A stretch of 64,000 nt of DNA from Eledone cirrhosa (GCA_964016885.1 OZ024745.1:40796001-40860000); one strand, 5' to 3'; positions 15,556 to 29,295 are shown, numbered from the stretch's first letter. The notes: generated from the letters alone by a model not told the origin. Numbers and translations: made by a program.

Positions 15556-15780
15556 TAAACTCATCTACATTTCTTCACATAATTGTGATAACATGTGATT
15601 GTATCACATTGATGCCAGGCGTTGTTGTAATGAATATATAACGGGTGTACACTGGTGTCACTAAAATATGTATTACGCAAAAAGATGATTATGTAACCAA
15701 AATATGGCTCTTAATGATAATTCATACATCCATGTATATATATAGACAGAACTGAACCTTTGGCACTGAAAAAAACACAC

Positions 15781-17784
15781 TTTAACCTGAGAGATCACAA
15801 ATCTAACTTTAACTCTAATCCTTCTATATGACTTATATGCCCTTCCAAATCTGACATTGGCATCATTAGTAAAATAAAAATATGTTAGACAGAATCAGCC
15901 CACAATTAAGAAAACACGTTAATTTACCACTCTGGGAAAACACATTCAAAGTAATTAACTGGTTTACTGATATTAGAAATAAATCATCTGCTTCATTTCT
16001 ACAATTTGATATAGATGCTTATTATCCCTCTATATCATCCATACTCCTGAACAAAGCCATGATATTTGCCAAAAATAGATCAAACTTGACTATGGATGAC
16101 ATTAATATTATCACGCACGCTAGACAAACACTACTGAAATTTCAGAAGGAATACTGGACCAGAAATACATATAGTAATCTATTCGATGTTACTATAGGCT
16201 CTAGTGCTTCTGCCCAAATTACCGATCTTGTGGGCCTCTTTCTTCTATTTAACATAAATTCTTCTCTTCCCCACCTTAAATGTGGTTTATATCGTGATTA
16301 CTGTCTTTTTCTTTCCACTAAGCTTAGCCTATCAGAAATTGAAAAAAATAAAAAACTTATTAGAACTTTCCTCAAAGACTATTATAGTCTCACTATTACA
16401 TTTGAAAACACCAGTAAAATAGTTAATTTTCCTAGATATAACTTTTGACTTATCTACGGGTACCTACCAACCTTACCATAAACCTAACCAACACTTACAT
16501 TACATACACTCACAATCCAATCACTCTAGATCTATCCTTAAAAACCTAGGATATATTATCTCACTCAGAATTTCTAACCTTTCATCTAACCAGGATGTAT
16601 TCGATAAAAATGCGCCATTTTATAACGAAGCTTTAGCTAGAAGCGGCCACAAAAACAAATTATACTTACACCAATAATACTTCAAACATACAACTCAATA
16701 TTACCAACAAACACCAAATGAAAAACCCACACCTAAATACCACTCACACTACACCCAAAAATACCAACCTAAAACTTAATTTCTCTACCTCTTCTCACAT
16801 AAAATATAATAACGTTCAAAAAACTATTCATCCTAATACTCCAATATACGTTAATAACATTACTAACAAAATTCCTAATAATCAGACTAAAACACCTAAA
16901 TCAGTTAATCTAACTAAACCTATATATAAATTCACTAATACTAATTCTCTTAGTAAACATCCTGATACATCGTATAAATATAAAAAACAACATCGAAACC
17001 GTAATAGACGAATTACTTGGTATAATGCTCCATTTAATCTACAAATTAAAGATAATATCCCTAAAAAAATGTTTACTATCCTAGAGAAAAACTTCCCGCC
17101 AAACCATAAATACCATCAAATTTTAAATAGATCAACTGTCAAATGTTCCTACTCCACTACCAAAAATATACAACAAAATATAAGTGCGTACAATGCATAT
17201 AAATGTTAAAAAAACCCAACGAATATACCACCAACACATCAAACCAACCATAATACTAAAATAAACCAAAACAAACCACCATCTCCTTCACATATAACAA
17301 GTCGAGTAAATTCCACACCAAATTTGACGAACTCCCCTGATATAATATTCACGAATGGTTGTAACTGTAGAAACAAAAGAAATTGCCCATTAAAGGGAAA
17401 CTGTCTTATTAATAACATAGTATATAAATGTAAAATTAGCACTAAGGACTCAAATTATTCATATATAGGAGCTACATCTAACCAATTTAAAGTAAGATTT
17501 AATACCCACAAACATAGTTTTTAAAATGCCACATTAGCTAATACAACATCATGGGCTGAAACAATTAATAATTATAGAAAAAAGAATATCGATTACAACC
17601 TGACATGGAATATGCTCAAAAGGGCCACCCTTATCAAAATAACAGATGTGAGTGTAGATTATGCTCCCAGGAACTTTTTGAAATAATGAAATCTAAGGAT
17701 ATCCTATTAAATAAGCGACAAGAATTAATTATATCTTTCAATCATAGAATTAGAAGAATTTTCAAATATTATAAACCTAATTAA
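15781..17784 (+). pseudogene. PLE RT and C-terminal GIY-YIG endonuclease, frameshifted (includes ORFs 15882-16448, 16718-17209, 17324-17524)
   Basis: LRDHK, FDIDAYYPSI, FDVTIGS..SAQITDLVGL, GLYRDY (RDD site), PYHKP, ITWYNAPF, CNCRNKRNC (CxCx5C), IVYKC..YIGAT..FKVRFNTH, LLNKRQEL. Confidence 0.88.
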
Positions 17785-18450
17785 TATACACCGTACACCT
17801 ATATTTTACATATTATTATAATTATTTTTTTAAACTTAGTTAACCTATAAATAGTACTTTACTACAGAGGACTTCATAATTTGATTTCCCTCTTATAGCT
17901 CTCTTTTCCTAAAATTAATACCTAAAAGTATACATATAAATTAATTTAATTTCCTGTTATGAATCTAGATTCCTTGTAGTCTATATAAGATTGGTATTTC
18001 TCACTACATCATTTATCCCCAAATTTTATTTTCCTTTGTTTTTAACAACATTCTTTAATAACATCTGATTCTTATTTATCACATTCATATGAATTAATAT
18101 AAGTTTATCCCTATAAGTATACCTATCAATTAATTTAATTTCTTGTTATAGATCTAAATTCCTTGTGTTTTAAATAAGATTGGTATTTCTCACTAACACC
18201 TTTACCCTAAAATGTTATTCTCCTTCGGTTTAAACATTAACATTATTCTTTAATAGCATCAAATTTTCGGAGTACTTTTCACCGGCTTGACCGCTTTTCA
18301 TCCCCAAATTATTCTTTTCATTCAAAGTAATCTTTCAATTCAAAACTTAAGTCTGCATTCCTCTACCCCTAAATTAAACTGTTCCCAAACAGACCTATTA
18401 TATTAAATCTTTGTTGTTTTTTTTTCAATAAACAAATATCATTATTTCTG

Positions 18451-18632
18451 TGGATTGGCAGTATCGGTAGAGAGTCGGACGCCATGCTTTGACGCATAGA
18501 GTTACGGCCAGTGCCATTCTGAGTTCAAATCCCGTCGAGGTTAACTTTGCCTTTCATCCTTACGGGGGTCGATAAAATAAAGTACCAGTAATGCACTGGG
18601 TAATTGCTGGCCTTGTGCCAAAAGTAGAAACA
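18451..18632 (+). mobile_element. tRNA-derived SINE (Meta-domain-like) with 10-bp TSD
   Basis: A-box-like TGGCAGTATCGG, B-box GAGTTCAAATCC, CCTTTCATCCTT..GGGGTCGATAAAA..AGTACC; TSD ATTATTTCTG at 18441-18450 and 18633-18642. Confidence 0.92.
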
Positions 18633-18764
18633 ATTATTTCTGAAGACAGGATATATATGTGAAGGTATGTATATTTCCTCTGATAGTTTGTAAAATGTTT
18701 ACATAGATCTATATGATATACATACCAACACACATATATATCCTAGAAACGATCGTAAAATGAT
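18633..18764 (+). ncRNA. Type I hammerhead ribozyme of the PLE 3' end
   Basis: ATTATTT CTGAAGA c AGGATATATATGTG...CACATATATATCCT a GAAA CGATCG TA AAATGAT. Confidence 0.85.
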
Positions 18765-18928
18765 GAATTTTTTTAATATAAGAAACTTGTTCTTTGTTTT
18801 TATTGATTGTTTCTATTAATTTATCTTGACTCAGTTTTCCTGTGATTTTCATCAAAATTTTTGAATGCATCTTCTCTCTTCATGATATTTGGATTACATT
18901 GAGTTCTTCATACGGATTGGACACTACC

Positions 18929-18985
<57 letters not shown>

Positions 18986-19034
18986 GAAAGAATATTGACA
19001 TGGTTTGCTATACAAAAAAGGTTTTTAATCTCAT

Positions 19035-19142
19035 TGCTGACTATTGTTTCTCTGAACTGGTAGGTCTAGAGATCGCTATTCGCTTGTTTTCACGTTACTC
19101 GATCGCCAATACAAAATTATAACCAGTCAGTTCTTCGGAGCA
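19035..19142 (-). ncRNA. Hammerhead ribozyme, antisense-arm copy of 19875-19982
   Basis: Same motif on the minus strand, with one stem III substitution. Confidence 0.65.
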
Positions 19143-19874
19143 TGCGAGAATGAAGAGGATATACAGGCATGAAAGGAATATACAGGCTACTATATGAAGT
19201 AGTAATGGCATTCAGTTAAAACAATAAATCACTACTACAATGTAACTTTACATTCCTTTTGCCATAATTACAGTCAGCATGTTTATCTCTTTGCATGTAT
19301 GTATGTATTTGTACGAGTGTATATTCATGTGTATGTATGTGTCTATGTACACGTGCGTGCGTATATATATGTGTGTGTGTATATATGTATATATATATAT
19401 ATATATATATTACCTCCTTAACCTCTGTATTAACTTGCCCATTATTTAGCTTTGACAGTGTTGTCCCATACATGTATGTTATTGAAGATGAAAAGAAAGA
19501 CTGTATTCTCATCTAATGTAGACCACACAAATTCTACTCAATGATAAATACTTCGTCTGTCAGATAAATACTGAACATTACGGCCACCTGACCTACATTG
19601 TTGATAAACACCGGCTTATCTTTAAAATTGCTATAATACACCCTAAGACACTCCTTACATGCCAACCTTATACTTCTGCTTCATGTCAGCTAGTTTTACA
19701 CGCCGAAATCTTAGATACACTAAACCCCCCACTAATCTAATGTCAGGGTCTCCTCAAATAATTTATTACTAGCATTGTTGTAATTGTTGTTATTGTTCTA
19801 ACTGAATGACATTACTACTTCATATAGTAGCCTGTATATTCCTTTCATGCCTGTATATCCTCTCCATTCTCGCA

Positions 19875-19982
19875 TGCTCCGAAGAACTGACTGGTTATAA
19901 TTTTGTATTGGCGATCGAGTAACGTGAAAACAAGCGAATAGCGATCTCTAGACCTACCAGTTCAGAGAAACAATTGTCAGCA
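19875..19982 (+). ncRNA. Hammerhead ribozyme, CCGAAGA core variant
   Basis: TGCT CCGAAGA a CTGACTGGT...ACCAGTTCAG a GAAA CAATTG TC AGCA. Confidence 0.7.
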
Positions 19983-20065
19983 ATGAGATTAAAAAACCTT
20001 TTTTGTATAGCAAACCATGTCAATCTTCTTTCCTGATTTATTATTGCTCCAAGTGTTTACTACAT

Positions 20066-21486
20066 AGGGAGATATATATAGAGAGAAAAAATATAGAGAG
20101 AGGAAAAAATAGCGAGAGAAAAAAAATTTAAAAATAGCCAGATATATTCGAGGCGTTTTAATGTATTAGTATTTATATGTTTTAATGTATTGGTATTTAT
20201 AAAACTTACACTATATTGTAAATATCAGTATTCCTGAATGAGACAAGTATCCATAGTGTGTGAAAATTAATTATCTTATGTTTAGTTTTTAAAAAAAAAT
20301 TCATATGTTTATGTAACAGCTACAAACATCCATGCGAATCCACATGATTCACTCTGCAAACTCTAAGTTCACGGAAAACATTCTCAATGTGGTATAAAAA
20401 TTTGAGCATACATATATGCGTATTATTATTCCTGTCTTTACTCTACAAGATTATCTATCAAGCAGAAATAGAGAGCAGATTTCAATATACTAATAAAAAT
20501 ATATATCAGAAACAAAACTAAAAAAATAAAAAGATAACAATAATAATACTAAGTATGTAGACCATATGTAGACCAATTTGGACATCATAACTTTTTGAAA
20601 TGATCTTTGCTAGATGTGATTTGATAGATCATTTTTGGCTTTGTCTTGTAATGAACTTGGCAATATATTGTCAATTAACTTTGAAGGGTTGATCTTTGTG
20701 GTTTATTTTTATTTTTATTTTTTATTATTGTAGTATTTTATAATTATTTTTTATTTTTTATTTTTTATTTTTATTTTTAATATCTTTAATATGTAAATTT
20801 TTAATACGTAATATTTTTTAATACGTAATATTTTTTAATACGTAATATTTTTAATATGTAATATTTTTATTAGTTAATATTCTTTCGTAATATTTTTTTA
20901 GTTTTCTATTTTATTATTACTTATTTTTACTTATTATTATTATTGTTATCTTTTTATGTAAATAAAGTACCAGTAATGCACTGGGTAATTGCTGGCCTTG
21001 TGCCTAAAGTAGAAACAATTATTATTGTTATCTTTTTATTTTTTTAGTTTTGTTTCTGATATATATTTTTATTAGTATATTGAAATCTGCTCTCTATTTT
21101 CTGCTTGATAGATAATCTTGTAGAGTAAAGACAGGAATAATAATACGCATATATGTATGCTCAAATCTTTATACCACATTGAGAATGTTTTCCGTGAACT
21201 TAGAGTTTGCAGAGTGAATCATGTGGATCCGCATGGATGTTTGTAGCTGTCACATAAACATATGAATTTTTTTTAAAACTAAACATAAGATAATTAATTT
21301 TCACACACTATGGATACTTGTCTCATTCAGGAATACTGATATTTACAATATAGTGTAAGTTTTATAAATACTAATACATTAAAACATAGGGTTTTTACGC
21401 CTCGAATATATCTGGCTATTTTTAAATTTTTTTCTCTCGCTATTTTTTCCTCTCTCTATATTTTTTCTCTCTATATATATCTCCCT
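20066..21486. repeat. Long inverted repeat (arms of about 470 bp) with AT-rich spacer
   Basis: 20066-20547 is the reverse complement of 21018-21486. Confidence 0.88.
20960..21017 (+). mobile_element. 5'-truncated SINE (3' tail only) with TSD of about 20 bp
   Basis: aataaagtaccagtaatgcactggg...agtagaaaca flanked by attattattgttatcttttta. Confidence 0.75.
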
Positions 21487-21860
21487 TACATTAATACTTG
21501 AGCTAAATAAATAAATAAATAAATAAATGTATCATTGATACATTTACTCAAAATGACCTCCCACTACCTAATTTTCTATATATATGTATCTATCTCTATT
21601 TCCTCTCTCTCTATATATATATATCTCTTTCTGTTTCTTTACATGAAGTTCTTCGCTTTATCTATCTTTCCATCTCTCTATTTTGTTCCATGCATTTCTT
21701 CTTTTTCTTCCTTTTCTTCGTTTTCTGTCTTTCTTTCTTTTTTCTCTCTTTCTTTCTCTCTGTGTAAAATTTTTTCACTGCCAGCTTAAACCTCTTCAAA
21801 TGGAAGTCGGTGTTATAACGGTATGTCGAATCTATTTATCTATAAAACTGTTTATATTGT

Positions 21861-21924
21861 ATTTTGTCTGAGGAAGGCATAGCATATTGTTAATATGATA
21901 TCCCCGAAATATATATAATGAAAT
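21861..21924 (+). ncRNA. Type I hammerhead ribozyme (family E)
   Basis: ATTTTGT CTGAGGA agg...CATATT-gtt-AATATG...ccc GAAA TATATA TA ATGAAAT; homologue at 54492-54554. Confidence 0.7.
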
Positions 21925-21962
21925 AAATATGGTTTTATAAATATAGTTTCCATTTATTTAAT

Positions 21963-22004
<42 letters not shown>

Positions 22005-23889
22005 AAAAAGCTCGTTGATGAAGTAAACTCCATTCCTCTTGGTCTAGTAGTCTTATATATTTATATGTGAGCTGATAGAGTACAGTCTAAGGATTTACAG
22101 AAACCCAAGAAGCTAGATTTAACACCTTTCTAGTGGGTCCGGGTATGATTTTACATTCATTTAAATTATTGATGTATTGTTTTATTGATATTTTTTATCT
22201 GTTTGTCCCGAATCTTCTATTATCGATTTTTTATCGTATGGTTGATTTTAGACTTGTTCTATGTGTGACGGTATTTTAACGATAGTTATAGCTCTGATTC
22301 ATCTGAATTATTGAGCCCTCTGCCGCTCATTTCGAATATTGTTTATCGTGAACTCGTGCGCCGATTTTTCGATACTCGATCTTTCTAATATATATATATA
22401 TATATATATAAAGGATAAAAAGGACGATTGATTATTCCTTCATTGCAGTTATTGATAGGTGACGCGCGTTTCGCCACTGATCAGCTCAAGGTTCGATCTA
22501 TATCGATCCTACCCGACTCAATAATCGGCAGCTCGACGGACCCTCTTAAAATGCTATAAGAAAATGAAATACATGCTACGTGATAAAGTCAGTTTCAAGA
22601 GTTTGACAAAATGAGATGTTTTGATTGGTGAGAAGGATCAAGGCGATGTACTGGCCTGTAGTGTATATGAGGGTGGGTGTGATGGTGAGATGTTGGTGAC
22701 GGTCTGTGGATGAGGTGGGCTGTGGTGGTGGTGGTGGTGGGTTGGCCTTGGCGTGTAGAGTATGTGGGGGTGTATGTGATGATATGGTGGTGGTTAAGGT
22801 TATTTAGTGGGATGGACTGTGGTATGAGGTTAGTGGATAGTCAGTAGACGGGTTGGCATGTGGTGGGGGTGTGGTAGTGGTGCCTTTGTCTATGGTAGCG
22901 ACGTTTGTGGTGGTGTGGTTGATGTATTGGTGGCGTCAGGTCCTTACATAGATACATAGTTAGACGCTCTTCGTCTGACAGATACCTTGTATATACGTAT
23001 ACGTACACACATATATGTATATATGTGCACATATATTGTTGTATAAACACACACAACATAAAACACATACGCACATCCTTGCCCACACATATCGGCATAC
23101 GCTCACACACAGCCATATGTATATGTACACACATGTATGTGCATGCGCGCATGCGGACACCAATATGGAGAGTGGGGGAGTATCGGTGGAGGTGGCGAAC
23201 GACAGAGATGGGGGGAAGGTGAGAGGCGATGTAGAAGGTGTTTTACATATATACATACACATACATACACATGGGTATGGGCACATGGACTCACACTCAT
23301 GTATGCAAGATATACACATACACACTCGCACACACGTATACACACACATATATATATACATATATATATATATATACACACACATGTAACGACAACACAC
23401 AAATACACGAACATATACACATACATGCACATATATGAGCTCACCTACACATACAGTCAGATTTACCCATATACATATATGTAGACGTACACATACACAC
23501 ACATACATACACATACATATATACACACACATATACATATGCATACACATGTGTTTACATACACACACACATACAGATAAATTTCCGTACACGCACGCAC
23601 ATTTAAAACGCCCGTATGAGTAAAATACTTACACACAGACACACACACTATTGTTGGTTGGGGAGTGGAAGTATCTTTTGTCGGTGTTGATGAAGTATGG
23701 AGTTGTGTTTTGTGGTGGTGGTGGTGGAGTTGTGAGGGACAAAAATATATATACCGGATCGAATACCGGTTAAAAGGTGACATGCGGAACGCGGGGGAAA
23801 AGCGTTTATGGACGTACTGCGATGTGTGTTGTGAACATGGTGTGGACATGGTGATGGTGGTAGTGGTAGTGATGGTGCTGGTGGTGGTG

Positions 23890-24064
23890 CCTAGCGTGTC
23901 TGCAATTGACAATTATGTCCGACCTATAGTTTATGGCGGAATCAAGTTTAATTATTTCCGCCGCCTCAGCTAGACACAATCTGCAGTGGTTTCTGGAAAT
24001 AATCAAACTTGATTCCGCCATAAACTATAGGTCGGACATAATTGTCAATTGCAGACACACTAGG
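23890..24064. repeat. Hairpin with arms of about 70 bp and a loop of about 34 nt, inside the family F spacer
   Basis: CCTAG..TGTCTGCAATTGACAATTATGTCCGACCTATAGTTTATGGCGGAATCAAGTTT and its reverse complement. Confidence 0.9.
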
Positions 24065-25427
24065 ATGCACACCTTTTCTGCACAAACTTTCGCGGGAAGA
24101 CCACGCACTAACCATGACCCACCATAATAACAACCACACCTGCCCCGTATCACCATCGCCCATCTCAACGAACTTTAATTCTAATCTAACTTCACATTAT
24201 CTTATTTCATTTCATTGAATTTAACCATATGTAAGCCCGTATTTTGTATATCATGCCGCATACATAACCCACACCAAAAATCACACTAACCATGACACAC
24301 CATATTAATAACCACCTATACCCCGTTCAACATCGCCCACCTCAATGAACTTATTGTATTGTACTCCATGTTACCATCTCTAAGGCCCCATTTGTATATC
24401 ATGCCGCACACATCACCATCACCACCACCAAAATTCACATCAACATACACAGCTCATAGTTGCAACATCGTATTAAATCGGTACCATATGATACGTTCTA
24501 CCTTGCAATCCACAATGACAAGAGACCTTGTAAATACAATGTCGATCATATCACACCATCGCCACCACCACCACACCACACATCGTCATGTGCATACCAT
24601 GCACGCCTACAACCTCATCCCCCCATGTTCCCTCTATCTACCCTAACCTGCAACCCCACGCTAAATTCGACCCTGTAACTGTACTGTCGCACGCGCGCAC
24701 ACACAACCACCGCCACCACTAAATACTTCCACATACTTCAACAATCATTATCATTACATCATCAACACATATCTTCCCTCGCTCCCAAATCGACTGTATT
24801 ATATACCTCCCCACCCCCGTCTGCCTACCATATAATACACCGTACCTCTGATCATGTAATCAACTTGCCGAACATATCACCCCAGCACCACCACCATCAC
24901 CATGTCCACAACACACATCGCAGTACGTCCATAAACGCTTTCCCCTCGCGTTCCACATGTCACCTTTTAACCGGTATTCGATCCGGTATATATATTTTTG
25001 TCCCTCACAACTCCACCACCACCACCACAAAACACAACTCCATACTTCATCAACACCGACAAAACATACCTCCGCTCCCCAACCAACAATAGTGTGTGTG
25101 TCTGTGTGTAAGTATTTTACTCATACGGGCGTTTTAAATGTGCGTGCGTGTACGCAAATTTATCTATATGTGTGTGTGTGTGTATGTGAACACATGTGTA
25201 TGCATATGTCTATGTGTGTGTATATATATATTTGTATATATATATATATGTGTATGTGTATGCATATGTATATGTGTGTGTATATATGTATGTGTATGTA
25301 TGTTTGTGTATGTGTACGTCTACATATATGTATATGGGTAAATCTGACTGTATGTGTAGGTGAGCTCATATATGTGCATGTATGTGTATATGTTCGTGTA
25401 TGTGTGTGTAGTCGGTACATGTGTGTG

Positions 25428-25460
<33 letters not shown>

Positions 25461-26266
25461 GTGTGAGTATACGTGTGTGCGAGTGTGTATGTGTATATCT
25501 TGCATACATGAGTGTGAGTCCATGTGCCCATACCCATGTGTATGTATGTGTATGTATATATGTAAAACACCTTCTACATCGCCTCTCACCTTCCCCCCAT
25601 CTCTGTCGTTCGCCACCTCCACCGATACTCCCCCACTCTCCATATTGGTGTCCGCATGCGCGCATGCACATACATGTGTGTACATATACATATGGCTGTG
25701 TGTGAGCGTATGCCGATATGTGTGGGCAAGGATGTGCGTATGTGTTTTATGTTGTGTGTGTTTATACAACAATATATGTGCACATATATACATATATGTG
25801 TGTACGTATACGTATATACAAGGTATCTGTCAGACGAAGAGCGTCTAACTATGTATCTATGTAAGGACCTGACGCCACCAATACATCAACCACACCACCA
25901 CAAACGTCGCTACCATAGACAAAGGCATCACTACCACACCCCCACCCATATGCCAACCCGTCTACTGACAATCCACTAACCTCATACCAAGCCCATCCCA
26001 CTAAATAACCTTAACCACCACCATATCATCACATACACCCCCACATACTCTACACGCCAAGGCCAACCCACCACCACCACCACCACAGCCCACCTCATCC
26101 ACAGACCGTCACCAACATCTCACCATCACACCCACCCCCATATACACTACAGGCCAGTACATCGCCTTGATCCTTCTCACCAATCAAAACATCTCATTTT
26201 GTCAAACTCTTGAAACTCTGACTTTATCACATAGCATGTATTTCATTTTCTTATAGCATTTTAAGA

Positions 26267-26353
26267 GGGTCCGTCGAGCTGCCGATTATTGAGTCGGGTA
26301 GGATCGATATAGATCGAACCTTGAGCTGATCAGTGGCGAAACGCGCGTCACCT
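26267..26353 (+). ncRNA. Hammerhead-like fold with non-canonical core; mirror copy at 22457-22543 on minus
   Basis: GGGT ccgtcga GCTGCCGAT...ATCAGTGGC GAAA CGCGCG TC ACCT. Confidence 0.5.
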
Positions 26354-26506
26354 ATCAATAAATGCAATGAAAGAATAATCAATCGTCCTTTTTATCCTTT
26401 ATATATTTTACACTCTGTATAGCTCTACACATCATCACAGAAGTGAACCTAAACATCGAGTGCTCACCCGGGTGAACCTGCAGTAACTCCTAGTTACACC
26501 CACTGG

Positions 26507-26577
<71 letters not shown>

Positions 26578-27869
26578 TAAATAATTGTGTTTCTCTCTCT
26601 CCCTACACCTACACACACACATATATATGAAGATAAATATAGATATAGATATATACGTGTATATTAGCAGAAATACGTATCTGTTCTCATGTTTATATAT
26701 ATCCCTGTATCCTTTAAATATCTAATTGACCCATCCATTACACAGTTGATAGTTTGTTATTGGTGTTCTTTAATTGCACTTATCTAACATATTAACCATT
26801 TAAACTAGTTATTGCATAAAACGTTAGCGAAACTGTTCTTAAACATATTTCATAATTTATTGGGAGAAAACTTTTATAATATTTCACCTTATATCTCAAG
26901 TATAATTTCACCATATGTATTCTGTTGTAATCGTTACACTATTGACCAGTTTTTTAAATTTATTTTGAAATTCCTCTTTGAAATTCCTGAATCTTAATAG
27001 CTATTTCCTAGTGTATTTAGTTATCAAGCAAAATTGTTATCTCCTCTTCATTTACATAATATATATATGAGAAGAACAAGACAAGGACACGAAATGTCGA
27101 TACTACATAATATTCAATAACATATTATTATCCTTCCTTAACAAAAGCATGCCAATAAGCAATAGATTCGCTAAGTAAATACTTAACTTGCTAGAAACAG
27201 CAGCCAAACTTCACTCAATTCATAAAAACAGATTTCAAATGCAAAGCAATGCATGCCGCTCTCAAATTATTTTGGAAAAAATCATTAATATGAAGGAATT
27301 TACTAATATATCAGTCGTTCGCATTATTAATCTAACGTTTTGGAATATAACAATGTTCTTACAAAAAAGAGAAATAAACTATTTTAGATATGTGTGAGCA
27401 TTTTACATTAACCAGTGTCAAATCATAGGATTTTCGAATGGCGGATTCTTGAAGACCTGGTGTATACATATATATATTCATTCATCTATATATACATAAT
27501 AGCTTTGCTTGTCTCCTTCTCATGTATATGACCTACGCAGTCACAATATCCACTAGCCTGCATATGAATCGTTATTGCACTCTTCCTTCTCAAAACTACT
27601 TCCTCAATGCCTCATTAATATTTCGACTATTCCCTTGTTTTAACTGTTGCATGTATTCCACTCCGTGCTTTTGATTTTAAATTAATTTTAATTTTAATTT
27701 TAATTTGAACTTGAATATTTGTACAATTATTGTACAATTCTCGTAAAATATATGTCACATACATTCCACCCTGTAAATACGAAACTGTTGCCCACAACAT
27801 CAATTTATATGTATTTATATTATTTTTCAGTTGAATAGGAGGTTAATTATATGTGCAAACATTGATAAT

Positions 27870-27914
27870 GCTCCGATGACTCCACATGAGAGTTTGGAAT
27901 AAACGATTGTCAGC
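27870..27914 (+). ncRNA. Degenerate hammerhead motif
   Basis: GCT CCGATGA c TCCA...TGGA a tAAA CGATTG TC AGC. Confidence 0.45.
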
Positions 27915-28336
27915 TATTAAATGATTTGAACACAACTTTGATAATTGTATAATTTATTTATTTTCCTGCTCTGTAAAACAATTGATGTTCATACGTTGAG
28001 CTATTTCTCTTACTGGCAATAAGGTAATTAAGAAATTACTGACCTTCCTGTTTATAGTTGTTTATACTATATAGATAACTAATAATAGTATTATTATTAT
28101 ATATATATACATATGTATATATATACACGTGGGCTGCAAATGACTTTGTTGAGCAAATTGTAACAATGAGATTTAAATCACTGGATACCGAGCTAAATCC
28201 TTATTATTATAATTAACTCTCCACTTTTTCTTTTTAATCATGAAGGAGTGTTCCACATTGGTGAAGTCATGTTGCTATATTATGTATGTAGATGTACAAT
28301 AACAACACAAACACATTCGGTCACACACACATACAT

Positions 28337-28427
<91 letters not shown>

Positions 28428-28434
<7 letters not shown>

Positions 28435-28704
28435 GTGAGGGTTTTTTTACAAAATGAAAAATAACCGAGGTGTCCTACACGAGTGAAAGTATAAAGAAAA
28501 AAAGATGAAATCGAAATTGCAACTGGAGTCTTATCTTTAAATTGAGAGGGAGAGTCTGTGGTCTTTCTCACGTGAAAAAACCACAGACCCTCTATCTCAA
28601 CTCTACTTTTGAAAAGCAGAAGAACCGCGAAACCGGTAAAGGAACCAAATAAATATATATATTTTTTTTTAAATAAGACTCCAGTTGCATTTTCGATTTC
28701 ATCT

Positions 28705-28712
<8 letters not shown>
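28428..28712. mobile_element. Short inverted-repeat element in (TA)n with the 3' half of an HHR
   Basis: About 28495-28534 is the reverse complement of 28673-28712; GAAA CCGG TA at 28629-28638. Confidence 0.6.
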
Positions 28713-28743
<31 letters not shown>

Positions 28744-29295
28744 AATAATAGGAATTCCAACTTTGTTTGATTTATTCGTTTTATTTACAATCCTTTAAAA
28801 TTATAATATTATAATGAAATAGTATGGTAGTATATTAAATGTTAAGTGTTAATTGCACAAGTACTTTCATGCTTTCGTAATCTTCAGGTTCATATTCTGT
28901 GGTGACAGTCAAGTTTGCAATTTTCAACTGTAATGAGATGGGTAAATGTTGTGCCTTATATACAGTAAAAAGCGCCTATAGAATGCTAAGTTTTGCAAAC
29001 AGAATTTCGACCAATCGGTGTGTAGTTTCACTGGATTACTGAAGCTGATTGGTTTCGGCATCAGGGTTGGTTGAACATGTCTAACGACTTCTATTTGACC
29101 CTATCCAAAGAATCAATTGTTTTGCTATTTTTAGAAATGATGAAAATCGCATTTTGTATGGTTTTTATAAAAAATCGTCAGTAAACATCACCATCAACAT
29201 CACTTTTATTATTATTATTATTGTTGTTGTTATTGTTGTTAGTGGTGGTAGTCGACATGGTCGTAGGCGTAGTCATAGTAGGAGTAATACCCCTA

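Larger units (their letters stand above)
15775..18929 (+). mobile_element. Penelope-like element, 5'-truncated, probably the Hydra-type clade
   Basis: RT and GIY-YIG pseudo-ORF, AT-rich 3' UTR, HHR at 18633-18764, ends in (TA)n. Confidence 0.88.
18981..20065. mobile_element. Inverted-repeat element with arms of about 240 bp, each carrying an HHR
   Basis: 18981-19218 is the reverse complement of 19799-20037. Confidence 0.85.
22411..26508. mobile_element. 4.1 kb composite element (family F) with inverted arms of about 1.5 kb, bounded by (TA)n
   Basis: 22411 to about 23866 is the reverse complement of about 24887-26400; the right arm has an extra tail of about 105 nt ending CTGGAT(AT)n; terminal part recurs at 47284-47520. 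Confidence 0.88.

Noticed and set aside
20228-20280. CTGAATGA...GAAA ATTAAT TA possible HHR in the 470-bp arms
   Set aside because: Extra base in the core, weak stem II and no stem I
22841-25979. Cys/Val/His/Thr-rich ORFs on both strands
   Set aside because: Products of (TG)/(CA)/(TA) low complexity inside the inverted repeat
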